Below, in pieces: positions 13,068 through 26,700 of a stretch of 64,000 nucleotides of DNA. Location of the stretch: positions 102,176,001 through 102,240,000 of the forward strand of contig OX597815.1 of the NCBI GenBank assembly GCA_951406725.2, given 5' to 3'. The notes below the pieces were generated by a model, which worked only from the letters and a program-made list of their open reading frames with translations, was not told the origin of the DNA and did not search any database. The position numbers and the translations under genes are program-made. This stretch comes from Octopus vulgaris (Eukaryota). How positions within the stretch are numbered: position 1 is the first letter of the stretch; each line of letters starts with the position of its first letter.

Positions 13068-16000
13068 GTAAGTATAAACTCCAAGAAGTACAGAAGCAAA
13101 TTTGAATTTTGATCCTTTACCAGAATCCGTTACTTATTTGTTGTTATTGTGACGTTCTGCTCGTTGTTTTAAAAATCACCTGTTTTATTTGTGAATGCAT
13201 TCTGACTTTTAAGGAAGGAAAAGAAAAAAAATTATACAGCATACCTTAGAGCAGTATTTCTCGAACAAATATCCGTCCTTTACAAAAATAATAATCGTGA
13301 AATTTTCAGTTTCTCCTACCTCTTTAATATTGAGAAGACAAAAGTAAGTTTGGGACTATATAATTTGCCTTTCTTGGCCATGATGTTGGACAAGCTTAAA
13401 AATCTTGAATTTTTTTTTAAACAAATTTATCCATCCTATTTTTAATCCTCAAAGTCCCGCAAAGAGACGAATCTCATTCCATGAAAAAACATAGCATTAG
13501 AATATGTGATATAATGATTATTTCCGTCCCTGCTCTAAAACTATGCGCAGTACGAACTTAGTGAAAACATGCCGATTCAACTGGTACCACAATCCCGATC
13601 ATGTCAGTCCGCCAACAAATAGCCAGAATGAATCATCTGGCGATCCGCATTTAACAATCAATACACAAAAGAAATTGCTTAACATTCCATAAGGTATAGG
13701 AATTAAGTTTTTTTCTACGCCATGTATTATATCAAAATATCCCTTACATATCAAGACTTTATTTATAATTTATATTATTTCCAACAGGATTGGAAATTGT
13801 TTTAAAATTTATTTAATTAGCTTATATACTTTTTTTTCCGTCTAAACTTTCATTAACTACGATTTAGAAATGAAAATAGTTTTTATTTATTTATTTATTT
13901 ATTTATTTATTAATTAATTTATTTATTTATTTTGTCTGTCGGAAAGTGAAGAAAACATTACAAGTGACGATGTCAAGCGTTTTGAACTATCATAGTTATC
14001 TATTTTTACGTATATAATTATACATCCTAGCTACAGATAAATGTGAACATGTAATCAAAGCTTGTGATAAGTAAATATTTCTAAAGTATATTGTTACACA
14101 TCCTAGTTACAGGTAAATGTAAAAATGTAAAGTTTAAGAATTGTAGATCGCAAAAAACATGTCCTCTTCCTCAGCAACAGTTCATGAAGATTTACACCTG
14201 ACTAACAGCCAGCCTCTACACAGTATAATGTCAGTTTCTTCTTTCAAAACATAATACCAGACCTGATGTCATGTATCCCTAGGCCAGTTCTGTTTTGAGC
14301 AATGACATCCTACTCATTACCATCCAGACTTTTATTCAGCTATATTTTATCAAGGATCATATAGACAATGAGTTCTTTCTTTTCTAAGATGATAGAATAT
14401 GTATTAGTAGAGATTTAGTTGCAATTTCTAACCGGTTGAAGGACCCGTAGAGACTCCTTGTTAACCCGTCGTGTCAAATCAACAAGGGATTTTGCAATTA
14501 TTCTCAGTTTTTGCAGGGGAGAAAACCTAAGATTTTTCTGAACAATATTTGAAACTGTACTTAAATTTCAAATTCAGTTTAAGTTTCAAATTCAGCTTTT
14601 CCTCATTCTACATAACTCAAGAATCATGAACAACAATGACTTCCTCCAAATGATATGCTTTCATTATATTCCATTCATTAAAGTAAACAATGTAATGTAA
14701 TTAATAAACCCACTTGATCCTTGATTACTTCATATTGATGAGATTTAGTAAGATCGAAACAGCAGCGATATACGAACACGAAGGAGTCTATAGTTGAAAG
14801 AAAAAGAATAGAAAATTGAACTGAATAAATACATAAAGAATAAATGATATCATCCCTTTTACTTTTCTAATGAAAAATAATAAAAATTAAAATTAACTCT
14901 TAGCAAGACGATTCTCTCCCTCGCATTAGAAATGCACAACCAACAACAACCAATAGACTGGCAGCTTTATTTAAAACCTTGAAGCTAATTGGTTTATCTA
15001 TGGTTTCTTTGGTTTTGCTACGTGTACAGACATTTTACAGAAAGCTATTTATGTTTTACAATGGCTTGTAAATCTTATGGTTATTTACTTGACAACTATG
15101 ATGCTAGAACGACGATTTTAAAATCAACTTTTAAGGAATCACAAGTACTCTAGCTACAAAATCAAGATTAATTTTAAAAAGATGAAGTGCCTTAACTACC
15201 TAGTTTGTGTTATCGACTTCGTATCGATGGGCAAGATATTTATTCTTACTCTTGAAGAAATATTACGCAAGCTTACAAGTTGCTATTTAAGACTGTTCAC
15301 TTGTCCGATCTTTGCAGTAACTGATGAAGATCAGTTAACGTTATTATAGGTCCATCAATCGTGTCTTAATAAATGACAGCCAAAGTAGAATAGCTTCTAC
15401 TTCCGCTTATTCTCATACTACTCCCTGAACCTATACACCTGGCCGTAAACAGAGTAACATGAGATAATATTGTCATAATCTATTGATTTTAACTGATTAC
15501 TCGGACCCATCTAACAGTATTATTTTTAAAGTATTAGATAATATCATTTATCATCCGCATGATCTCACCAGTAAAGGAGGTTCTTCCAAACTGTTTAGAT
15601 ATGCAATTATGTCAATAGAGTCACCCTTGCATTATGGCCTTGTAGGCACTGCTAGTGATCTCACACAATCCCTCTTAGAGTGCAGCGTAGCCAATCCTGG
15701 GAGAGAGGGAAGGGGTGGGAGAGAGAGAAGGAGGGAGGGAGAGAGAGAGAGAGAGAGAGAAATAGGTTCTAGTACCCGATTTGTACTTCGACCTCGATAG
15801 TATGAAAGGAAAATTGGACTTTGGATAGATTTGAGTGCAGAAAGTCAGAACAAATACTGTAAGGCACTCTAACAATCCTACGAAATCGCCAGATAAATTA
15901 TTTACTCATATTCTAATAAATAAATACTAATTATGTAAAATGAAAATATGGTTGTGTTTATTTTTTTTAATTATAAATCACATGTCAGTAGCAGTAAGTG

Positions 16001-17097
16001 GGCAAGACTTTAATCTTCGATTAATGTAGCCTGAGGAAAAGGTAAAATACTTCGAAGGTTGAGAAACTTACTGCTTTTGATGTTCGTCGCTTAAACGCTG
16101 TGATTTGTCTGGCTATTCAGTAATGAGCATTGGCCAAAGGAAATATAGGTGTCTGCGGTTACCACACTGGAAAGGATGAGTAAAATGAGCACCTGTGACC
16201 ATTATATTGTATGGAACAAATATTCTATTATGGCAAGTTATTATTTAGCGGAATAGACCTACGATCAGAAATATTCCAAACATTTTAGGGGATTTTTATG
16301 ATAGTAAGGTGTGATTTGAAGGAGATTTTAACTACCATCTCCAACAGATTGAGCAACCGCCGAGAAGCTCCATTGTTCGCTGTGTTTATAAATGTAGGGA
16401 GACTACTAGATGAAGGGTATTTATGTTTGTTGACATATTGAAAAATAGTCAGACTGCATAATCGAAGATCATTTTTGCTGCTGTTAACCTGAGTCATTCT
16501 ATGAAGATTCAAACATAAGCATTCGAGAAAACAACAAATCTGATAACTTCCACCCTCGACAGTCACAGAGGCCCGGAAAAAAGGTCATTGGTATTATCAT
16601 TCCTCTTTGGTTAATTCATTAAAAAGAAAATTGTCAAAGTTTCTGTCAGGTTAGTATCTTACAACCCACCTATATGATTAATCTAATCTTAGAAAGACTA
16701 AACCAAAGTAAAATACTGAGAAATTAGAACTGTAACGTCTACATAATTTGTCGTATACAGAACAGAGCAATATTCGATTATATACAACTTGAAGGTTAGA
16801 GAAAATGCAACTTTCAACAACAGCAGCTAAAAATAAACAAACATAAGAGAAAATATCTTGGTCGTCTAGAAATAGCAGTCTAGTAGAGTTCGAATTCCAT
16901 CCTACTTTCTTGAAAAGGGAGATACATATTTGTTAATGTAATTCCCGGGGTACAATACCTGACAGAAAAAGTGAGATGGCAATGACATGAATTCCTTTCA
17001 TCGAATGACTCAATCAGAACTGGACTGGAGTGCTAAACAACAAAAGCAACAGAAAAAAGGTAAAAAATTGTAATGTTCTGAGTTAACATCAAACTTA

Positions 17098-17920
17098 ATG
17101 CAAAGCACAGATGCTCCAACTAAAAAAATTACATCAACTGTAAGAATTCTTCAGCAAAATCTGGACACCATCCAAGACGACGAGTCAACAGTCAAGATGA
17201 CGAGCGAATTTCTATCTCTTGACAATACTAATGATCTTGCTCCCACAACTTATCACCTGCTTATTATGCAAGACTTCTTAACATCCTTCGAAAATGTAGC
17301 CAAAGTCTGTTTGTTTCTCTATGCAAAAACTGAGTTCATATACATCAATAAGGTTGAAAGTCATTTGCCAATTTACCACAATGTTGGAACACAACTCAAG
17401 GAGACTAATAACTTCACGTACTTTGGACCCTATGTTGCTGATAGAAAGAAAGACCTCCTGACACGCAAGGGACTTGTGTACCTGTTACAAGTTTCACAGT
17501 AACTGTTAATCAAGTATTTTAAAGTCAACAAGGCTAATCTTCTTAAGGCCTTGTGTAGAGAGCATTCTTCTCCATGAAACCGAAATCTGGACTACGAAGA
17601 ATGAACATCAATATCGCCTTGATGATGCATACACTAAACTTCTCGTGAGGACTCAAACCATTTTATGGTATGAATACAAGACCAAAGATAAGATTTATGG
17701 ACATATTCCACTCATCTCTGTTGTTTAGTGCAAGATGGGGCGTTGTTGTTACCATACTGAAAAACAGGCCATATCGGATATATTTTGGAACGATAGAGGA
17801 CGGAGGCCGCTGCTATATTGATGTTATTTGCTGAGATTCAAAGCATGGAACTAAGGACCTAGTAAAATTAATGGATGATACAGATTCCTGGTGCAGCTTG
17901 GTTGCGCTTGCGGTTGTTTG
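17098..17920 (+). mobile_element. Highly decayed LINE (RTE-like) 3' fragment
   Basis: Broken ORF with LKETNNFTYFG, resembling the post-RT F.YLG motif. Frameshifted continuation follows. Confidence 0.5.
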
Positions 17921-18300
17921 AAGAAGTGTAACCAAATTTATGTCAGTCTTACGTAGTTTATGGTGTTTTTCCAAAAGTAATGGAATGGAAGAATATGAGA
18001 ATAGTAGAACAATAAAATGAAAGGAATAAAATTGTTATTTATAAAGTGCTAGTATTACGACGGTCATCATTCGCTTTCGAAGATGGCTTGGTGGCATGTA
18101 CCATGCTTTCGTTAACTGTCGTAGGTGTCCATCTAGTTGCAAGCAAATACAAACACCCTCTCATTCTTCCCATTCTTGACCCAGGATGTAACAGCTGGAG
18201 GGAGAGAGAACTTCTTTATCTGTCGGCCTCGGCGATATTTAAACTCAGAGAAATTGAACTGAAACAAACAGCGCATTGCATTCTATCCCATGCTGTCGGG

Positions 18301-18649
18301 CAGCGGTTCTCAACCGAGGTTCATATGGCCCTGATGATCCATATAAAATTTTTGGAGGTCCACGCAACAAAATAGTAAATTGGGGATCCACAATAGTATT
18401 TTAAGGGACCCTGAAATAATTTTGCTTCAGATTGGTATGTATTGCCAAAAACAGTTTGGTTTCTTTCTCTAACACTTTACCTAGTTTACATTAACTTACG
18501 CAAGTTAATGTGTTTAAAAAGCAAAAAGGGAATTTTGAAAGAAGTTTCTATAAAACTAGTTCTTAAACATCGAATGGCTATGGGGGTCCACTAGAATAAA
18601 ATAGTAACCAAAGTGGTCTAAAGATTTAAAAAATGGTTGAGAACACCCG
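18301..18649. mobile_element. hAT-like MITE
   Basis: CAGCGGTTCTCAACC ... GGTTGAGAAC inverted ends. Confidence 0.6.
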
Positions 18650-19193
18650 CTCTAGCGACTCTGCCAAAAGACCGCCATATTAAATATGAGATTGTGTGTT
18701 GTAATTATAGGATAAAATTCAGTCTGAGGAAACTAGCGAAGGTTTCCCTCGACGACAATGAGTCAACAGGTGGATTCGTTGAATTCATGGCAGAGTGCCA
18801 TTGTTTTGAGGAGTGTAAAAGAAACTAACGCTCAAGATCTTGTTCTTCTTCACTGTCAAACGAAGAACAAAAGGGTGAAACGGTAGATTCCCCACTCTTC
18901 ACAACATATGAAAATATTATTTATTATATTCTGTAATATATAAACTATTCGTAAGGAATCTTATTGTTGGAAAAGCTATTCGTTGTTTTTGTTGTTGCTG
19001 TTGTCTAACCATATATAAGTCCTGATCGAGCAGACTTATGATCAAAGTCGTTCTAGTCGTGACCATCTTGCCTTTTCCTATACGCAGGGAACCCAGAACC
19101 GTTTAATTCAACGTGTACGGCCTTTAAGACGGTAGGGGTTGATTTTAGAGATGTTTGGCCGCTATTTCTAGCAAGTCAAAAAACTTTTTAGAG

Positions 19194-19448
19194 CAGTGGT
19201 TCGCAATCATCTTTTGCCTATGGACCCTCTTTGATTTGTATTTTACTCAGCTAGACCCTCATAACTAGTCATTTTTTTTCTTAAATCCTATATTTTTTAT
19301 GATTAAATATTATTAGGAATTGTATAAAAAAGTATTTAAAATATGTTCTGTATTGTAGAAGTATAATCGATTTACTACACATAATTTCTAAGAACTAAAC
19401 CTTATATGGACCCCGAAAGGTCAGGTAGACCCCAGTTGAGAACCACTG
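19194..19448. mobile_element. hAT-like MITE
   Basis: TIRs CAGTGGTTCGCAA / TTGAGAACCACTG. 8-bp TSD TTTTAGAG / ATTTAGAG. Confidence 0.8.
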
Positions 19449-20982
19449 ATTTAGAGGATCCATCGCTAGTTCGAAAATTATTCCTTACAACCCTAGAGTG
19501 CATATTTGGTTGCCATTATTACCCATATTATCCATTATTATCCTCTCATCACTCCTAGATTCCAGTCAACGAGGGAAGCGTTATGTGATCATTTAACCTG
19601 CTAGAAATACCAGCTAAATTTCTCTGAAATTTATAGTCAGAGTCTGTAAGAGGGGTATGATTCAGCTGGTACATTGGAGGTGAGGAAGGTGCGATCTTTC
19701 GACAAGTCACTCCCTAAAAAACATAACCAGAAAAAAAGCTCACAATCCTCTTGAATTTTGAAGGGAGACTTTGATGTGGAAGTGGTTTAAAAATAATCTC
19801 GTTCCTCTGGTAAATTTCTCTTAGCAGCCCTGTTTGTCGTAAAAAAAAAAACTTGGTTGATGTGGTACTGGGTTCCCTATACATAGGAAGAGAGAGGATG
19901 GTCATACTTGGAATGCTTCTGATCGTAAATCTGCTTGGCTACAGCTGATTTGGAACTAAATAACAATAAACTCGAAATTTCGCATTAAATACTATATCCA
20001 GTTGCACTCGACAATCCTTTACAAAAAAAAAAAAATGAAATGACATACATTAATGTTGTCCTAAATACACTATACAAATAGTAAAGGAATAATTACATAG
20101 ATAATCCATAACTGTAGTTCTCAGGAATTCCTTCATAACAGATGTCGACCTACAAATGTTACAAATGTACATCAACCACGTCCGACCGTCAAGGGTTACT
20201 ACAAAGGTCATGAATAATATCCCTTCTTCCCTTCTAATTAACTAATTAAAATAAAGTATTCGTTGTATTGTCTGCTTCAAAAGCTACAGTTAGATTGCTG
20301 TTTAGCTCCACGTCACTCTTGATCAAAACCATGACAGCTGTAACCGTTCTGCTTATCTTACTTTCAGATATTTTACCACCTTTTTTAATGGTTGAGTATG
20401 ATAGGAGGTTGTTGTTCTGACATGTAGTACATATAGGGTCTATCGTTGACTCGTTGAGTTATTTTTAAGGTAGCTTGTTGTTGTTAATCTTTGTTTTTGC
20501 AGCTGTAAAGCCTCTTGTGGTCTCTTACTAAGCGGATCTATGACCGAATGTTATGACCATCCTATTTTCTATTCATGCATCGAGTGTCTATTACCACTTC
20601 ATCCATTGTCTCGTACATTTTTTTAAAGGCGTTATGGCAGCGTCCGGAACCTTGGTGATAAAGAGGCTAATTAAATGACAAATGAATTTTTAATGATTTG
20701 AGCATTTAGATCTATATTCATATATTTGTTATATACACACTGCATATTCGAAATCCTAGCATTTCAAAGACTGTGGGAAGACCTTAGTAACAAAAAAAAA
20801 TCTTAATAGGCAGTAGGAGAATTTACTCCAAACTCGGTCTTGGATAAGACGAAATTTCTGAAACCTCTGTAGCTTCTGAGGTCAATGCCAAACCTTTCAA
20901 AGACAGTTTTGTGATTTGTTTAAATTCTGATGAAATTTAACTGTCATGAAAGAGAAAAGATATTAGGGCGGAGGTAATAATG

Positions 20983-22137
20983 ATTATCTTTGCAATTTCG
21001 GCTGGTTATACTCGAGCTGGCCAGCCCCTAGGAAAAACTAAGCTAAGAGTACTAAATTCCTTGGAAGAAAGCAGCGCGAATGTATACGAAAACAAGGACG
21101 GAAAGAAACGGAGAAAATGGTACGCAAATGCAAATAACAGGACATTAACAACGGGTATCTTTCGACTAAGGACGAATTAAATTAAGCTGGCGTGTGTGGA
21201 AGTAAAACCTTACAGCAGGGATATAAGATTTGACAGGCACAGAGAGGAATATAGATGTTGCACGGATGATAGTCGATCCAAGAAAGGAAGGTCAGACTTG
21301 GCCCGAACACCGGTCACGTAGGGAGAGAAGAGAGAGAGGTAGAGGCAGAGGGATAGAAGAATTAAGGAGGACCGAGAAAAAATGAAAGGGACAGAGTGAA
21401 GTGAAAGAGGAGGGAAGGTGAGCATGAAGTGAAGGCCAGGAATTGTATTTGTGTACCATTTCTCCGTTTTGTTGTCCCTTTTTGTATCACCTAACTGTTT
21501 AGATGTCTTGCGTTTTTGTCCCATTTTTGTATTTTTTATATATAAAAATATAGCGACGTACGTACACTTTGGTCTCTTATATGTAAGTATATATACATCT
21601 ATATTTTGTACGACTCTATTATTCTTTCTATTCTCTCATTCTTTCTTTCTTTCTATCAGCCCCTTCGCACTTACGTCGTTCATTCCACTCTTCGTTCTCC
21701 CTCTCTCACATTTCCTGGCCTTTTCTTCATGCTCACCTTCCCTCCTCTTTCACTTCACTCTGTCCCTTTCATTTTTTCTCGCCCCCTCAATTCTTCTATC
21801 CCTCTGCCTCTACCTCTCTTTCTTCTCTCCCCATGTGACCGGTGTTCGGCCAAGCCTGACCTTCCTTTCTTGGTTCGACTACCATCCATGCCTGTCAAAT
21901 CTTATGTCCCTGCTGTAAGGCTTCACTTCCACACACGCCAGCTTAATTTAATTCGTCCTTAGTCGAGAGACACCTGTTGTTATGCCCTGTTATTTGCATT
22001 TGTGTACCATTTCTCCGTTTTTTCGTATATATTCGCTGCTTTCTTCCAAGGAATCTAGTGCTCTTAGCTTAGTTTTTCTTGGGGCTGGCCAGATTGGAGC
22101 AATCTCGAGGTATAATCAGCCGAAATTGCAAGGATAA
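20983..22137. repeat. Diverged inverted repeat (arms about 20983-21442 and 21711-22137), probably retroelement-derived
   Basis: TTATCTTTGCAATTTCGGCTG... and ...CAGCCGAAATTGCAAGGATAA are reverse complements. The match continues inward to GGCCAGGAA / TTCCTGGCC. Confidence 0.85.
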
Positions 22138-22261
22138 ATAACCTGGAAAACTCCGAATGACCCGTCCTTGTTTTCTTTGTATCGTCTGTCCGGATGTTTT
22201 GTTGTCCCTTTTTTGCATCGCCTAACTGTCTGGATGGTTTGCGTTTTTGTCCCATTTTTGC

Positions 22262-22355
<94 letters not shown>

Positions 22356-22513
22356 CGAGGATGATCCGGTTCTCGACTGAAGATAAAAGACTTCGAATGA
22401 CCCGTCCGTATTTTTTTTTGTATCGTCTATCTTGATGTTTCGTTGTCCCCTTTTGTATCACTTAGTTGTCCGGATGTTTTGCAATCTTGTCCCATTTTGT
22501 ATTTAATTATATG

Positions 22514-22589
<76 letters not shown>

Positions 22590-22594
22590 TATAT

Positions 22595-24956
22595 AAAGGA
22601 AATGAAGAAAATGCTGACAAAATAATTTAAGTAAAGGAGAGTGTATTTAATTAGGTGAAAGTTCTTTACCGGTTGCGCATTTGTTATGCTTATCAAAAGA
22701 TATTTTTTAAGAGAGATAGAGTTCCTTTCTGATAGATTTTTTTCCTCTTATCTGACTTTATGTTGGGTTTGCTGTCTCTTATATGTGAAAAAAGAGGCTC
22801 CAGAGTTGTTTAAGATTTGCTTGGTTTCGCGCCTAAAATTTCTTGTGGACAATGGTCAATACAATTTTGATTGGTCATTATAAAGGGGTCACGTAAATGT
22901 TTGAATGGAAGTTGGTGTTGGGGTAAGAAAATAGGCTCCAGAGATGTTAAAATTTGGCTAGTGTCGCGCCTAAAATTTCTTATTGGTCATAATAAAGAGG
23001 TCACGTGGATGTGGTCATAATAGAGAGGTCACGTGAATGTTTGGAATGAATGTTTGTGTGGGTGGTGTATGGAGTTTTCGAAAATAGCGTTGTTGAAAAT
23101 TCTTATTGTTCAGGCTGGTCAGTAGACGTCATGTGGATATTTTAAATAGCTTTTTAGGGCGTAGTTAAGGAGTGTATTTTCCGCTTGACTGAATTTGAGC
23201 TGGATAAGTAAGTTCGTTTAGGACAGGAAGAGCTATATGTATGTATGTGTGCGCGTGGTGTGTGTGTTTATATGTATGTTGGGGCGCGCGCGCGTGTATA
23301 TATGTGTGCGTGTGTGGGTACAATTTTCAATATTTATAGTTCTGCTGGCCTTGTGCCTGTATCGAGAAGCAACGTGTTTGTGTGAAGTCAATATTTACAG
23401 TCATTTCCAAAAAATAGTGTTGGATGTTTTGCACCCGTATCAAATTATGTGTATGTGTGGAACCATATATTTGCGTGTGTCATGGTGTTAATATCTGGGT
23501 AAAAGTGTGTGTAGGGTGTGTGCAGGTGTAAGTGTGTTTGTTGTGGGTTCGTGTTAGGGGGATGTGTTTAGAAGTGGTCTGTATTTATTAATAAGGTGGG
23601 ATTCCATGGTTATTCGCTGGGTATGAGTGGCATTGTCTTTAAATTTGTAGAGGGGAAAGATTCTAAAATTGGGATGAAGTTGTGCGGCACAGGTATCAAT
23701 ATGTGCACTAAGTGCTATTTTTCTGTATTCCTGTATTTTTATTTGGGATCTGTGGACAGTCATGCGTAAAAATAGCCTCCGCCAACGCATGACTGTCCAC
23801 AGATCCCAAATAAAAATACAGGAATACAGAAAAATAGCACTTAGTGCACATATTGATACCTGTGCCGCACAACTTCATCCCAATTTTAGAATCTTTCCCC
23901 TCTACAAATTTAAAGACAATGCCACTCATACCCAGCGAATAACCATGGAATCCCACCTTATTAATAAATACAGACCACTTCTAAACACATCCCCCTAACA
24001 CGAACCCACAACAAACACACTTACACCTGCACACACCCTACACACACTTTTACCCAGATATTAACACCATGACACACGCAAATATATGGTTCCACACATA
24101 CACATAATTTGATACGGGTGCAAAACATCCAACACTATTTTTTGGAAATGACTGTAAATATTGACTTCACACAAACACGTTGCTTCCCGATACAGGCACA
24201 AGGCCAGCAGAACTATAAATATTGAAAATTGTACCCACACACGCACACATATATACACGCGCGCGCGCCCCAACATACATATAAACACACACACACGCGC
24301 ACACATACATACATATAGCTCTTCCTGTCCTAAACGAACTTACTTATCCAGCTCAAATTCAGTCAAGCGGAAAATACACTCCTTAACTACGCCCTAAAAA
24401 GCTATTTAAAATATCCACATGACGTCTACTGACCAGCCTGAACAATAAGAATTTTCAACAACGCTAGTTTCGAAAACTCCATACACCACCCACACAAACA
24501 TTCATTCTAAACATTCACGTGACCTCTCTATTATGACCACATCCACGTGACCTCTTTATTATGACCAATAAGAAATTTTAGGCGCGACACTAGCCAAATT
24601 TTAACATCTCTGGAGCCTATTTTCTTACCCCAACACCAACTTCCATTCAAACATTTACGTGACCCCTTTATAATGACCAATCAAAATTGTATTGACCATT
24701 GTCCACAAGAAACTTTAGGCGCGAAACCAAGCAAATCTTAAACAACTCTGGAGCCTCTTTTTTCACATATAAGAGACAGCAAACCCAACATAAAGTCAGA
24801 TAAGAGAAAAAAAATCTATCAGAAAGGAACTCTATCTCTCTTAAAAAATATCTTTTGATAAGCATAACAAATGCGCAACCGGTAAAGAACTTTCACCTAA
24901 TTAAATACACTCTCCTTTACTTAAATTATTTTGTCAGCATTTTCTTCATTTCCTTT
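22595..24956. mobile_element. 5'-truncated Penelope-like element arranged as a near-perfect inverted repeat
   Basis: Arms 22595-23767 and 23785-24956 with a 17-nt spacer. Mirror-image ORFs on both strands. The central ORF encodes a GIY-YIG-like C-terminus. Confidence 0.85.
23768..23998 (+). pseudogene. C-terminal fragment of a PLE GIY-YIG endonuclease
   Basis: KNSLRQRMTVHRSQI...SAHI...F.IFPL...QRITMESHLINKYRPLLN fits the L..R..H...H...E...I....P.LN pattern. Confidence 0.75.
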
Positions 24957-24997
24957 TTTTATATATCACAGCTCGTGTTCCACATCTCCTTTTTTAA

Positions 24998-25030
<33 letters not shown>

Positions 25031-25031
25031 A

Positions 25032-25079
<48 letters not shown>

Positions 25080-26501
25080 TAAAATTGCCTAAGTGTTCGT
25101 CTTGCCGTTACCGAAACCTATTTTCAAAGGCAGCGTCCAAAACGAGCATTTTAGTTCATTTAGACGAGTGTGTGTACGCGCGTATGTGCGTACGTGTGTG
25201 TGTATATATTGTAACTTCAAATAATACTATATATCATAATTATTGATTATATTGCCCTGCAATTCATAAATATTTCCCCTTTTAAAAGCGCTTTCTCTTG
25301 ACACAAGAAATGAAATAAAATAGTAGTAACAGAGGTCAATTATATACATTAATCTTGAGAATACAACAAAATCAGAATCTAGGAACTGCCTAACGGTCCC
25401 TGGAGGCTCACTTGATCCTTCTTGTCTGCTAACCCGTTCAGTTATCCACTAAGAAGTGAGTGCAGCGGTTTCAGAGGTTCACTCAGCATCACTCAGCCAA
25501 CAACACATATGGTAGCATTGTAACTTTGTGAGCTGATTTCTGTTTTTGTTTTCTTTTTTCTTCTATCTTCCCTTTTTATTTTCATGACACTGACAACAAA
25601 TAACGTAATTAATGTTTCATAATTTTGTGAACCGCTAGCGCTTATGAAATGTTGGGAAACTCGTGGAAATGGCCAAAAAGTGTATAGTGCTGCTTTTGGC
25701 AATGTATGTATTTTCTGATTTTTATTTTTCCCATGGTGGTGGACTAGTAGTGATTCCTCACTTTACGTGGTGCTGGTGATGTCTCTGTGTGCATTTCCCC
25801 TCCAAATCTAATCAAGATAATAATCTCCACCCTCTTAAATGTATCTCTACAATATTTCATTAACAAAAGTCCTATCGGTGATGGGGATTGATCCTGAGAC
25901 AAAAACGTTTACATATCTTTAAAATTTCTCTCGGCTGTTTATAACTTCGTTAAATCTTGTAATAAAACATATAATGTTGTCGGAACAGACAGACAACTCT
26001 CTTTGTTCATAAATTTCTCCCAGAAACTTTCAGATGAAAATAATTCGATTGTTTCTTAAATTTCAGACATGTTAAACATATTTTGTTTGTTTAAAACCAA
26101 AGTCTTATTTTCAACAATGCTAGCTTCTTTTTCTTCTTCTTCTTCTTAAATTAATCTAATCACCAATGATGATGAAGAGAAATGAAAATAGTTATCTTCA
26201 ACAACTGTTTAAAATTTAGGCAGAAGGCCAGCAATACTGCAGATGGGGGATTTAGTGGCTATCATCCATCTCTACACATGACCTCTCTCATATCAAATCG
26301 ACTTCTCTATTTACTTATTTTGGTTAACATGCAGTTTACTTTCATAAAATAGTGAATGTAAAATGTCCTTAAAAAATGAAAGTTTGTTTTGATAGAAACC
26401 AAAGTGATGGCAGTAACATCCCATAATTTATAAAATAATTGTAAAATACAATACTGAGTGTGCTTTTCCAAATGTAGACATTTCCTTTCGTATACTTTTA
26501 A

Positions 26502-26700
26502 CATTAATGGTCACAAATTACTCAGGTGAGTATTCATTTGTTCAGTTGAAGTATATTAAAAATCCCATCAGAACAACTATGCAGGCTGGATGCCTTATCT
26601 CTACTAAGTATAGAAGCAGATGTGTTATGTAAGATTAATTTTTAAGGATCTGATCAAAGACTTTGCAATTAAAAATAATGAAGAAAACTTTTTCAAATAT
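26502..26700 (+). mobile_element. hAT transposase C-terminal dimerisation-domain remnant
   Basis: LMVTNYSGEYSFVQLKYIKNPIRTTM, then after a frameshift RLDALSLLSIEADVLCKINF and DLIKDFAIK. Confidence 0.75.

Noticed and set aside
13124-13250. Alternative DNase terminal exon after a 56-nt intron
   Set aside because: The intron would be unusually short for this gene, and the Cys-rich peptide resembles translated T-rich intron sequence.
22372-22410. Hammerhead candidate CTGAAGA...CGAATGACCCGTC
   Set aside because: It has GAAT instead of GAAA, and no convincing stem I or II.
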